Below, piece by piece: positions 8,898 to 17,758 of a stretch of DNA of 54,811 nt (positions are counted from its first letter, which is position 1; each line of letters opens with the position of its first letter). Below the pieces are notes generated by a model that was not told the DNA's origin, did no database searches, and was given only the letters and a program-made list of their open reading frames with translations. The position numbers and the translations under genes were made by a program. The DNA comes from Candidatus Odinarchaeota archaeon (GTDB lineage: Archaea; Asgardarchaeota; Odinarchaeia; Odinarchaeales; Odinarchaeaceae). The stretch lies in assembly GCA_038826135.1 (NCBI GenBank), contig JAWBON010000001.1, forward strand, positions 1-54,811, in the 5' to 3' direction.

Positions 8898-10439
8898 TTG
8901 AATATGCAGTTACCGACACCCGCAAACTCAAGTTGGATGCTAATATCTCTGCTTATCTTAATTATCGGAGCCCCTGTAGTTTACTTATTCGGTAAACGCT
9001 TTGAAGAGAAGAGCGGCTGGCTTGCTACTGTAATCGCCGCAATAGCCACCGTCATCTTCGTAGTTATAGCAGGCTCTAACGTCTTAGCTGGAACACCAAT
9101 CTATGAATTATACACTTGGAACCCTGGCTTGCTAAGTCTGGATTTCGGATTATACGCTGACGGTTTAAGCACCCCCATAGCAGCTATAACTATGATATTA
9201 ACCACGCTGGCAACATTGTACAGTATATCCTATTTAAAAGAGGAGGGGAATAAGGGCTCCTACTTCGCTTTAATGCTTCTTTACATGACCGGTATGACCG
9301 GTGTAATCTTAGCCACGAATCTACTAGAATTCTTTGTTTTCTGGGAGCTTATGCTAATACCGTCATGGGCTATGATTGTACGCTGGGGAACTCCCGGTAA
9401 AGCTGCTAGAGCCGGCTTCAAATACTTCATGTTCACCCAGTTCGGTTCAATATGTATTCTTCTAGCGATAGGTGTAACATGGTTCATATCCTTCCAAGCA
9501 GGTTCACCAACCCTTAACATTTACGACCTGAATATAGTAGCCTCATCTTTAGCAACATTAGCTGTGCCCCTGTACCTTGTAGGCTTCTGTGTTAAAATGG
9601 CGATATTCCCAGTTCACACATGGCTGCCTGAAGCACACGGTGAGGCTCCAACACCTGTGTCCGCTATTCTTTCAGGTGTTATGATAGAGACAGCAGCCTA
9701 CGGTATCATCAGAATACCTGTAAATCTATTCGGTGTCACATTCACCGATGTCATATTGTTCACGGCGGGTGGATGGGTTATTAACGTTTCAACCATTATT
9801 ATGATCTTCGCAGTGATCACAATGATATACGGCGGAGTTATGGCGATAGCTCAAACAGATACGAAAAGACTCTTCGCATACTCATCTGTCAGCCAGATGG
9901 GTTATATATTATTCGGTATCTCCGCTGTAACATCTCTGGGACTGGCGGGTGCATCACTTCACATAGTAACTCACGCATTCGGTAAAGGCACCCTCTTCAT
10001 GATCGCGGGTATATTAATGACACAGATCGGGCATTTGAAAGGGAGAGATATAACTAAATTAAGCGGCTTAGCCTCTAGGATGCCTATCACCGCAACAATT
10101 ACCTTAATAGCGGGTTTAAGCATCGCAGGCACACCACCGTTAGCAGGCTTCGCAAGCGAATGGCTTATATTCGCGGGAGCAGCTTCAGCCTACCACATTG
10201 TACTTTTAATATTCGCAGTTTCTTCAACAGCGGTCACAGCAGGCTACATACTATGGTTTATTAGAAGAGTATTCTTCGGACCACCGCGCGAAGATCTTTC
10301 AAATGTTAAAGAAGCCCCCTGGACTATGCTTGTTCCAGTAGCGCTTTTAGCATTAGGAGCCATATTGATCGGGATATTCCCGAATATAATTCTAGATTAT
10401 CTATTACCTATAGCGCAACACATAGCGCCTTTAACGTGA
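8898..10439 (+). CDS. nuoM: complex I subunit M (antiporter-like)
   Basis: 513 aa. Has FVFWELMLIPS, HTWLPEAHGEAPTPVSAILSGVMIETAAYGIIR and SVSQMGY. The M versus N assignment rests on gene order. Confidence 0.8.
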   Translation: MNMQLPTPANSSWMLISLLILIIGAPVVYLFGKRFEEKSGWLATVIAAIATVIFVVIAGSNVLAGTPIYELYTWNPGLLSLDFGLYADGLSTPIAAITMILTTLATLYSISYLKEEGNKGSYFALMLLYMTGMTGVILATNLLEFFVFWELMLIPSWAMIVRWGTPGKAARAGFKYFMFTQFGSICILLAIGVTWFISFQAGSPTLNIYDLNIVASSLATLAVPLYLVGFCVKMAIFPVHTWLPEAHGEAPTPVSAILSGVMIETAAYGIIRIPVNLFGVTFTDVILFTAGGWVINVSTIIMIFAVITMIYGGVMAIAQTDTKRLFAYSSVSQMGYILFGISAVTSLGLAGASLHIVTHAFGKGTLFMIAGILMTQIGHLKGRDITKLSGLASRMPITATITLIAGLSIAGTPPLAGFASEWLIFAGAASAYHIVLLIFAVSSTAVTAGYILWFIRRVFFGPPREDLSNVKEAPWTMLVPVALLALGAILIGIFPNIILDYLLPIAQHIAPLT

Positions 10440-10452
10440 GGTTGGATGAAAA

Positions 10453-12015
10453 ATGCAGCTTGATCTAACAGTTCTGGTTTGGCTACTACCAATAATCTTA
10501 CCGCTTATAGGAGCTGTCCTAACACCCTTAATCCACTTAATATTCAGTAAACTTAAAGCGGAGCGGGCCACTGACTTCTTCGCATCTTTTATACTCGTAC
10601 TCACCTTATGGTCTGTCATAAACGTTTATCTTATGTTAACAGATCCCGCTCTAACACCTACAGGTGTGAAAACGATACTTATATTCGGTTCACCTGCAAC
10701 AGGTGGAACAGGGTTCGAAATAGACATATTCAGCTGGTTTATGAGTGTTGTATTCGTATCAATAGGCTTCATAGTAACCATATACAGCATAAAATACATG
10801 GATAAAGATGACGGTCTGGAGAAATACTATATATTGCTTCAAACACTGGTAGCGGGAATGGTTGGAGTCGTTTACGCCGCTGACCTTTTCACATTATTCG
10901 TTTTCTGGGAGATAATGGCGTTATCAGGGTACAGTCTTGTTTCATTCAGGAAAAGTAAATGGGAGCCTATTGAAGCAGGCTATAAATATCTTATAATGAG
11001 CGCATTCGGCTCAACCCTTATACTCTTCTCGATCTCTTACCTATACGGTTTAACAGGCACACTTAACATAGCCTACTTAGGGTCAATCATCTCCACTGTG
11101 ACACCTAACCCGATGCTTTACATACTGTTAGGGATGTTGATATCAGGTTTCGGGGTTACAGCTTCAATCGTTCCATTCCACTCATGGCTTCCAGACGCTC
11201 ACCCCGCAGCCCCCAGCGGGATAAGCGCTATGCTCAGCGGGGTTGTTATAAAAACCGGTGTATACGCTATACTCAGAGTAGGCTCAGTTATATTCGCTCC
11301 GGGTATATGGAATTTCGGATTCATTGTAGCTGGATTCGCGGTTATAACCATGCTAGTCGGAAATATAATGGCTATGCTTCAAAACGATTTTAAGCGGCTT
11401 TTAGCATTCTCAAGCATAGCTAATATAGGATATATTATAGCAGGTCTTTCAATAGCATTCCTAGGTGTGGACGCATCCGCTCAAACCATAGCGTTAACAG
11501 GTAGTATATTCCACCTTCTCAACCACGCTATGGCTAAGGGGCTGCTCTTCCTTGTTTCCGGAGCCTTCCTATACCAGGTTCACACCAGGGATCTTAATCT
11601 TCTTAAAGGTATTGGGAGAAAGATGCCTATAACTGCTTTCTGTATGATTCTGGCGATTCTCTCGATTGCAGGTGTACCCCCGCTTCCCGGGTTCTTCAGC
11701 AAATTCATGATTATTTGGGGGCAGGCAGCAACCGGTAGTGTCGCAGGGATAGTTTTAGCAGCTTTAACATTGTTTAACAGTGCTCTCTCAATCGCATATT
11801 ATCTAAGAATCCTTGGCATAACAGTGTTCTCAGAGCCGTCTGAGAAAGTAGCTGAAGTTAAAGAATCTCCTATTGGAATACTTATCCCAATCGCTATACT
11901 CGCTGTAGCGATTTTCATATTAGGTGTTTGGAACACGCCTATACTCGACCTGATACAGCAGGTGGCGTATTCAGTTCTTAACCCTGCTTCATATATAGGG
12001 GCTGTTGTTCCATAG
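10453..12015 (+). CDS. nuoN: complex I subunit N (antiporter-like)
   Basis: 520 aa. Has FVFWEIMALSGY, HSWLPDAHPAAPSGISAMLSGVVIKTGVYAILR and SSIANIGY. Confidence 0.75.
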   Translation: MQLDLTVLVWLLPIILPLIGAVLTPLIHLIFSKLKAERATDFFASFILVLTLWSVINVYLMLTDPALTPTGVKTILIFGSPATGGTGFEIDIFSWFMSVVFVSIGFIVTIYSIKYMDKDDGLEKYYILLQTLVAGMVGVVYAADLFTLFVFWEIMALSGYSLVSFRKSKWEPIEAGYKYLIMSAFGSTLILFSISYLYGLTGTLNIAYLGSIISTVTPNPMLYILLGMLISGFGVTASIVPFHSWLPDAHPAAPSGISAMLSGVVIKTGVYAILRVGSVIFAPGIWNFGFIVAGFAVITMLVGNIMAMLQNDFKRLLAFSSIANIGYIIAGLSIAFLGVDASAQTIALTGSIFHLLNHAMAKGLLFLVSGAFLYQVHTRDLNLLKGIGRKMPITAFCMILAILSIAGVPPLPGFFSKFMIIWGQAATGSVAGIVLAALTLFNSALSIAYYLRILGITVFSEPSEKVAEVKESPIGILIPIAILAVAIFILGVWNTPILDLIQQVAYSVLNPASYIGAVVP

Positions 12016-12052
12016 CCCCTTTAACACTATTTTTATTTTTTAAAAAAAACGT

Positions 12053-12790
12053 TTAGAACGGGAATTCTCCTTTAATAACTGTACCGCTGTTTCCATCGAT
12101 AATAACGTTGAATAATTCATTTTTATATTTATAGACTATAAACCATAACGGTGCGTGTAAATAAACGGTTTGATTAAATTCAAACTCGTTTTTAAACTCA
12201 ATCAGCTTATCCACGCTGTTTAACACTAAAATTTTATGGTGCGCTTCAATCTCCTGTTGAGCTGTTCTTTTAGCTTCATCCTCATTTATCTCAGAGTTTA
12301 ATATTATAGAATTTCTAGGAATCTGGATAAAGTTGAAAACAACCCTTCTAGATAAAGGTATTTCAAACTCCTTGGTTGGGAAACTTGCTCCTCTTCTACC
12401 TAGAACCCGCCAATTATACTCTTTGATTATACTATCCTTTTTCCTGACCGGCGGTGTTAAACGTTCAAACACGCCTTCAAATAAAGTTGTTACTTTAACA
12501 GATAATATCCAGAACGGTAAGTATTTCAACTCTTTCAATTCTATTTTAGATTTTTTAACTAAATCCTTAGGTTTAATAAAACCCTCCTTCATCCAATCCA
12601 CCAGTACACTGTCTATCTTATCCTCAGAGTATTTTAAGGGCAACATTGAATGATCTAAGATAAACGGTTTACTTACATCTATCAACTGTGTTGAACCACA
12701 GTATTTACATGTAATAATAGCCTCGTTCTCAGCGTATTGAAGCGGCGCTCCACAGTTACTGCAATACACTCCCTTTGTTATCTGCGGCAT
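12053..12790 (-). CDS. hypothetical protein with N-terminal zinc ribbon
   Basis: 245 aa. CSNCGAPL-x13-CKYCGS four-Cys ribbon at the N-terminus. The rest is mixed alpha/beta with no motif I can name. Confidence 0.55.
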   Translation of the reverse strand: MPQITKGVYCSNCGAPLQYAENEAIITCKYCGSTQLIDVSKPFILDHSMLPLKYSEDKIDSVLVDWMKEGFIKPKDLVKKSKIELKELKYLPFWILSVKVTTLFEGVFERLTPPVRKKDSIIKEYNWRVLGRRGASFPTKEFEIPLSRRVVFNFIQIPRNSIILNSEINEDEAKRTAQQEIEAHHKILVLNSVDKLIEFKNEFEFNQTVYLHAPLWFIVYKYKNELFNVIIDGNSGTVIKGEFPF

Positions 12791-12875
12791 ACTACCTCAA
12801 CTTTTAAAAATTAAAGTGATTAATATTATTGGTGATTAAAATAACTATTAAACGGTTTCCCTAACCGGTGTTTAA

Positions 12876-13991
12876 ATGAATTTAACACAGTTAAAAACTA
12901 AAATCGGACAGTCACTGGCTCTAATAATAATATTAGAGTTAATATTTATTTTCGCAATAGTATACGTGATCGACTATTTCTTTGACGCTCTCTACTGGGT
13001 TCCAATATTTACAACAGGATATTATTTCCCAATAGCTAGAGATCTAATATGGGGTTTTATCGCTGTAGCTGTTTTTCTAATAGTTCAGTGGAGTTTAGGC
13101 TCATCATCAGTCGACTACGCTATGAGACCACGCCTCCTCCGTAAAGGTGAGAACCCCTGGATTGAGCAAACAGTTAACGAGTTATCTGAAAAATCAGGTA
13201 TTAAACCACCTAAAATAAAGATTGTAGACATGGACGCTCCTAACGCGTTTGTTTACGGTAGAACCGTAAACAGCTCCTCCCTGTGCTTGACAACAGGCCT
13301 CTTAAAATCGCTTAATAGGAATGAGATTAAAGCGGTTATAGGCCATGAACTAGGTCATTTAAGACATAAAGACGTTATAATAATGACATTAGCGGCAGGA
13401 GTTCCGCTGCTAGCTCTTCTAGTTTTAAGAGGCGGCTTATATACAGCCGCTACTATAGGCCGTACTTCCCGGCCAGGCGGCAAAGGGGATGGAGGCGCCT
13501 TCATAGTAATAATTTTAATAATCGTGGCTATTGCCTCCGCTATTTTCTTCCTATCACTGCTCGCCGTAAGAGGTCTCAGTAGGCTTAGAGAGCATTACGC
13601 GGACGCTCATGCTGCAATAGCCACAGCAGACCCGCACTCTATGCAAAGCGCTTTAGCTAAGATAACTTGGGGTCTTTCAATAGCACCTAAAAGTAATCAA
13701 AGCGATGCTATGAGAAACCTTTACATAGCCGACTCTTCTCAAGCCAAGTTGGAAGTAGCCTACGTGCGAGAGCATAAAGAAGAGTTTGATCTCGATAAAG
13801 ACGGTGTTCTGGATGAGCAGGAACTGGTAATCGCTATGGAAAAAGAGGCTAAAAAATCAAAACTTAGCGGGTTAAGCGCTAAATTCGCCACTCATCCACC
13901 AACATATAAGAGGATTCTCCTTCTGAAAAAAATAGAGAAAGAGCTTCAAACAATCCCCGCTGAGAAATTAAATATTAAAAAACTAATTTAA
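12876..13991 (+). CDS. htpX: M48-family (HtpX-like) membrane zinc metalloprotease with inserted EF-hand-like loop
   Basis: 371 aa. Several TM helices, HELGHLRHKD (HExxH), LREHYADAHAA, and C-terminal ATHPPTYKRI. The insert is FDLDKDGVLDEQEL. Confidence 0.85.
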   Translation: MNLTQLKTKIGQSLALIIILELIFIFAIVYVIDYFFDALYWVPIFTTGYYFPIARDLIWGFIAVAVFLIVQWSLGSSSVDYAMRPRLLRKGENPWIEQTVNELSEKSGIKPPKIKIVDMDAPNAFVYGRTVNSSSLCLTTGLLKSLNRNEIKAVIGHELGHLRHKDVIIMTLAAGVPLLALLVLRGGLYTAATIGRTSRPGGKGDGGAFIVIILIIVAIASAIFFLSLLAVRGLSRLREHYADAHAAIATADPHSMQSALAKITWGLSIAPKSNQSDAMRNLYIADSSQAKLEVAYVREHKEEFDLDKDGVLDEQELVIAMEKEAKKSKLSGLSAKFATHPPTYKRILLLKKIEKELQTIPAEKLNIKKLI

Positions 13992-14626
13992 ACATTAGAC
14001 GCTATTCTTTCCAGAAACACGGCTTGCTGATTAATTAAACCCATTATTGTCAGTATCTCTCTACCGTTCTCCGTTAACCCGTAGTTGTTACCAACCTTCT
14101 CAACTAAATTCTGCTCGACTAAAGCGTTTATATGATGGTATAGAGAGCCCCCTTTCTTACCTGAAAGCTGTTGAATCTCCTTCGCAGATCTATCCCGCTC
14201 AGCCAGCGAACACAATATTCTTATCCTGTCAACGTTTGAAAGAGCGGAAAGATAGTTCGCTATTCTCTCAAAGGATCTATCGCTATCCCCGATTATATCC
14301 TCAGTGTCAAACTCCATAACCATACTATGCATTGGAATAGCTTGATTTTGGAAAAATCTAACAGATGATAAGAATACAATCCCCTTCTGTATCCTCCTAG
14401 AAGCGGAAACACTTTCAAAAATAATTCTATCAAGCGCATCCTGTTTAACAGACTCCTTATCTTTTATAATCGGTGTTAGACTATCTTTCTCTGAAGAAGG
14501 CTGCTGCTCTATTAATCTAACAATTTTATCAAGCATTAACCTTAACCCTGTAACATCAATCTTAACACCTTCAAGGTTTGTTAACTGTTTTTTAAGTGTT
14601 TGAATCTCTTTTTCAACGCTTTCCAT
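13988..14626 (-). CDS. ArsR-family winged-helix transcription regulator with N-terminal coiled-coil extension
   Basis: 212 aa. wHTH segment is NVDRIRILCSLAERDRSAKEIQQLSGKKGGSLYHHINALVEQNLVEKV. Its stop overlaps the htpX stop inside the palindrome TTTAAA. Confidence 0.7.
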   Translation of the reverse strand: MESVEKEIQTLKKQLTNLEGVKIDVTGLRLMLDKIVRLIEQQPSSEKDSLTPIIKDKESVKQDALDRIIFESVSASRRIQKGIVFLSSVRFFQNQAIPMHSMVMEFDTEDIIGDSDRSFERIANYLSALSNVDRIRILCSLAERDRSAKEIQQLSGKKGGSLYHHINALVEQNLVEKVGNNYGLTENGREILTIMGLINQQAVFLERIASNV

Positions 14627-14641
14627 ATCATCCCAACTGTA

Positions 14642-14695
14642 ATGTTAATACATAAAAGTGTAGTATATTAACATTATTATGTAATTATGTTACAT
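14642..14695. promoter_or_regulatory. two AT-rich inverted repeats (ATGTTAATA-N15-TATTAACAT and ATGTAA-N5-TTACAT) just upstream of the ArsR-family gene; candidate operator
   Basis: Arms read at 14642-14650/14666-14674 and 14679-14684/14690-14695, in the divergent intergenic region 14627-14874. Confidence 0.25.
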
Positions 14696-14874
14696 TTAAA
14701 ACTTTCTATTTAAAAAAAACTCCACCAAACTGTATTAAATAAGTGAAAAACCGACAAAAATCTTTTTTTCAACAAACCCCTCTACCAGTTAAATTAAAAA
14801 TATCACAGTAAGTTTTAAATTAAATAATTTCAAGTTATATATATCTTAGTGAACAGTTTTTTAGGTGAACGATT

Positions 14875-15384
14875 TTGAGGAAAAGCAACGGGCTGACCTC
14901 AGTTTTAGTTAAAATAAATGAGCGCTACAATGTTTTAAAAACCGCTTACAATCAGCGAATGGACGAGCTTCTGGAAATGGCTAGTAAGTTAAACTCTAAT
15001 ACAGGCGAGGAGAGTGTTAAATTAGCAGTTTTATTACAGCAGAAAATATACTCGTGCTCCGAGATCATAATACAGTTTCAAAGCTGGCTTGACGATATTC
15101 AAAGCTTGGAGATCGTTGACGGATTGGAGAAGAAATTAAAAATTTTATACGCTCACACCCGAAACGAATTCAGCACGCTTGAAGAGTTTCAAATTCTAGT
15201 AAAAGACTATCTAAAAACGCAGATAAGCGACACCCCTCTTATTAAAGATGTTCAGCAGACTTTGAAAAACATGATTAAACTATTAACCGACTCGAAACAT
15301 TACACCAATAAACAGATAGAGGATGTATATTCAATGTTATTCAATAAAAGGAAGCTGATTGACAGTCTCTCAGAGCATATTTGA
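14875..15384 (+). CDS. hypothetical all-helical protein
   Basis: 169-aa ORF with TTG start in the track. Helical, heptad-like composition. No family recognised. Confidence 0.45.
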   Translation: MRKSNGLTSVLVKINERYNVLKTAYNQRMDELLEMASKLNSNTGEESVKLAVLLQQKIYSCSEIIIQFQSWLDDIQSLEIVDGLEKKLKILYAHTRNEFSTLEEFQILVKDYLKTQISDTPLIKDVQQTLKNMIKLLTDSKHYTNKQIEDVYSMLFNKRKLIDSLSEHI

Positions 15385-15606
15385 CAGTTATCTCTAATTT
15401 TTCTCTTTTTAAAAATCATATAGCGTTAACATTATATTAATATGGTTAAAATCGTATTGCAGCTGGTGGGGGTAAGTTTCCTGGGAACACCACGTCACGT
15501 TTACACGCAGGTCTCTGAATTTTACTGGATAAAGATTAAATATTTAAATATAACAATTGTAAAACGTTATGAAAGTTAACAATTATTCAGAGCGGATGGG
15601 GCTAAT

Positions 15607-17496
15607 ATGCTTAAACCAGCTAAGATGAGTAAATTTACAATTATCGCGTTAGATGAATACGCAGATGATTTAATCAGATTGCTGGGTAATCTAGGAATCG
15701 CTCAATTAGTGAATGTGAGTGAGAAGATCGCAGCATATAATGGTTTGATTCAACCAGTTGAGCCGGGCGACTACTATTACCGGGTTTCAGCCCTTTTATC
15801 CCAGGTAGAGGGGTTAATCGGCGACCTCGCTGTTCAGGAAATAGAGGATGTTAAAGAAAAGAAACGTCATCAAAAACTCAGCGAGGACGAGTTAACTAAA
15901 ATAGAGGATGAAGTTAGGAAAATTGAGGAAGAATATCTCACTCTTTCAAAAGAATATGACACGTTAAAAGAAAAAACAGATTTGACAATAGACGAAGAAA
16001 AAAGACTAGCCGAGCTTGAAGAGAATAAAGTTGATCTTAAAAAAAGAGTGAGTAAAAACCTACTTGTTCTCCGAGAGATTCTGCAAATAGAGCAACGTAT
16101 AGAAGAAGTTAAAGGAATGTCAGGTAAAACCGACCGCTCTTTTATGTTTGAAGGCTGGGTTGAAGAGCGAAAGGTTAAAACACTTCAAGAATCAGTGTTA
16201 AAGATTACAGGGAATAATTGTATTATTAAAATAGACGCACCTAAAAAAGAAGATAAACCGCCTGTGTTAATAGAGAACCCTAAATTAATTAAACCCGTTC
16301 AAATGCTTACAGTAGGGTTCTCAGTTCCATCATACAAGGAAATAGACCCGACGCTTCTAGCATCTATCACATTCCCCATATTCTTCGGGATAATGTTCGC
16401 CGATATAGGTCACGGGTTAATACTTTTAATCCCATCCCTTCTAGGATATATATCATTGAAAAAGGGTCACCCTAACTTTGAAGGGATGGTAGGCTGGTGG
16501 GTTAAAGGATCCCCTCTATTAGTCTCCTGCTCGGTGTCATCTATTTTCTTCGGTATATTATTCGGTGAAATGCTAGGCTTCTCCATAGTAGCTGAACCCT
16601 GGTATATAGCGTTAGCTCCGTATCTATTATTCTTAAGACAAGCGCTTGTAGGCTTATTCACATTCTTCGACTACGACGGCGGTGTTAAAATACTTACTGA
16701 CCCCAACTATGTTAACCCAGCTACAGGTATCGCTGAATACTCTCCGCTTCCAGGTGAATTGTGGGTTGATCCCGTAACCCACTTAGAACATTACAGCGGT
16801 CCTATACTTTTCAGCCCCTTCCACCACCCCTTCCTATTATTCGCGCTATCGATTATGATCGGAGTCATGCATCTTTTAGTGGGATTAATTCTCGGCGTTG
16901 TTAACAGTATTAAAAAAGGTAAAATATTGGAAGGAATAGTTGACAGAGGATTCTGGATATGGTTCTACATAGGTCTCGTATACTTAGCTTTTAATAGAGG
17001 TGTAACTTTCACAAACTGGTTCTCAACATTCAGTTTAACAGACGTGTCATTCTACTTATTCGCTATGCCTTTTGCCGGTCTCATATTCGGTAAACTAGTA
17101 GCTCACCGAAACATTATGGAAGGCTTCATAGGAACCTTCGAAGTTCTAGTATCCTCAATATCAAACACTATCTCGTATACTCGTATTCTCGCTTTAAACC
17201 AGGTTCACGCTGGATTCAGCAAGACATTTATAAACTTGGGGACATCCCCTGTTTACCACCCAATACTGCACGAGTATCTGCCAGCCTCCGACGCAGGCTT
17301 TTTAGTATTTCAACCGACACTTTACTATGTAATGTTTATTGTAACACAGATCGGTTTAGTAATGTTTCTGGAAGGATTACTAACATTCATAAACACTCTC
17401 AGGTTACATTGGGTTGAATGGTTCCTTAAATTCTATGAGGGAGGAGGCTCAGAGTTTAAGCCGTTTAAAATAAGTAGAGTATATACCTCAGGTTAG
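15607..17496 (+). CDS. atpI: A/V-type ATPase subunit I (a-subunit)
   Basis: 629 aa. N-terminus MSKFTIIALDEYADDLIRLLGNLGIAQL, a coiled-coil arm, a multi-TM C-terminal half, and the conserved end TLRLHWVEWFLKFYEGGGSEFKPF. Confidence 0.9.
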   Translation: MLKPAKMSKFTIIALDEYADDLIRLLGNLGIAQLVNVSEKIAAYNGLIQPVEPGDYYYRVSALLSQVEGLIGDLAVQEIEDVKEKKRHQKLSEDELTKIEDEVRKIEEEYLTLSKEYDTLKEKTDLTIDEEKRLAELEENKVDLKKRVSKNLLVLREILQIEQRIEEVKGMSGKTDRSFMFEGWVEERKVKTLQESVLKITGNNCIIKIDAPKKEDKPPVLIENPKLIKPVQMLTVGFSVPSYKEIDPTLLASITFPIFFGIMFADIGHGLILLIPSLLGYISLKKGHPNFEGMVGWWVKGSPLLVSCSVSSIFFGILFGEMLGFSIVAEPWYIALAPYLLFLRQALVGLFTFFDYDGGVKILTDPNYVNPATGIAEYSPLPGELWVDPVTHLEHYSGPILFSPFHHPFLLFALSIMIGVMHLLVGLILGVVNSIKKGKILEGIVDRGFWIWFYIGLVYLAFNRGVTFTNWFSTFSLTDVSFYLFAMPFAGLIFGKLVAHRNIMEGFIGTFEVLVSSISNTISYTRILALNQVHAGFSKTFINLGTSPVYHPILHEYLPASDAGFLVFQPTLYYVMFIVTQIGLVMFLEGLLTFINTLRLHWVEWFLKFYEGGGSEFKPFKISRVYTSG

Positions 17497-17509
17497 GAGT
17501 GTTATATTA

Positions 17510-17758
17510 TTGAGCGATAGCGATGAAAAAAGCGAGGGTACATCATCCTACGGTTCTATGTTTAAATATTTAGGGATAGGCTTCGACATAGTGATATTTG
17601 CAATAGTAGGATGGATAGTGGCTAAATCACTCGGCTGGAATGAAGTACTCGGCATAGGGGTAGGCGCGATCGTTGGAACCCTTATAATGTACATTCACCT
17701 CTTCTGGACTGTTAAACGCCTGTCGCAAACTAAGGAAAAGGGGGACAAAAGTGTTTAA
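17510..17758 (+). CDS. small 2-TM protein resembling the AtpZ/AtpI (ATPase_gene1) family
   Basis: 82 aa. YLGIGFDIVIFAIVGWIVAKSLGWNEVLGIGVGAIVGTLIMY has the same G-spaced two-helix pattern as bacterial AtpZ/AtpR proteins. Its 3' end overlaps the atpC start by 8 nt. Confidence 0.45.
   Translation: MSDSDEKSEGTSSYGSMFKYLGIGFDIVIFAIVGWIVAKSLGWNEVLGIGVGAIVGTLIMYIHLFWTVKRLSQTKEKGDKSV

Noticed and set aside
5941-12015. Interpreting the J-K-L-M-N cluster as an Mrp-type Na+/H+ antiporter operon.
   Set aside because: There are no MrpE/F/G-like small subunits. Three distinct antiporter-like subunits are present, one with the long NuoL-type C-terminal extension, and there is a clear NuoJ TM3 motif. These features favour a complex-I-type membrane arm.
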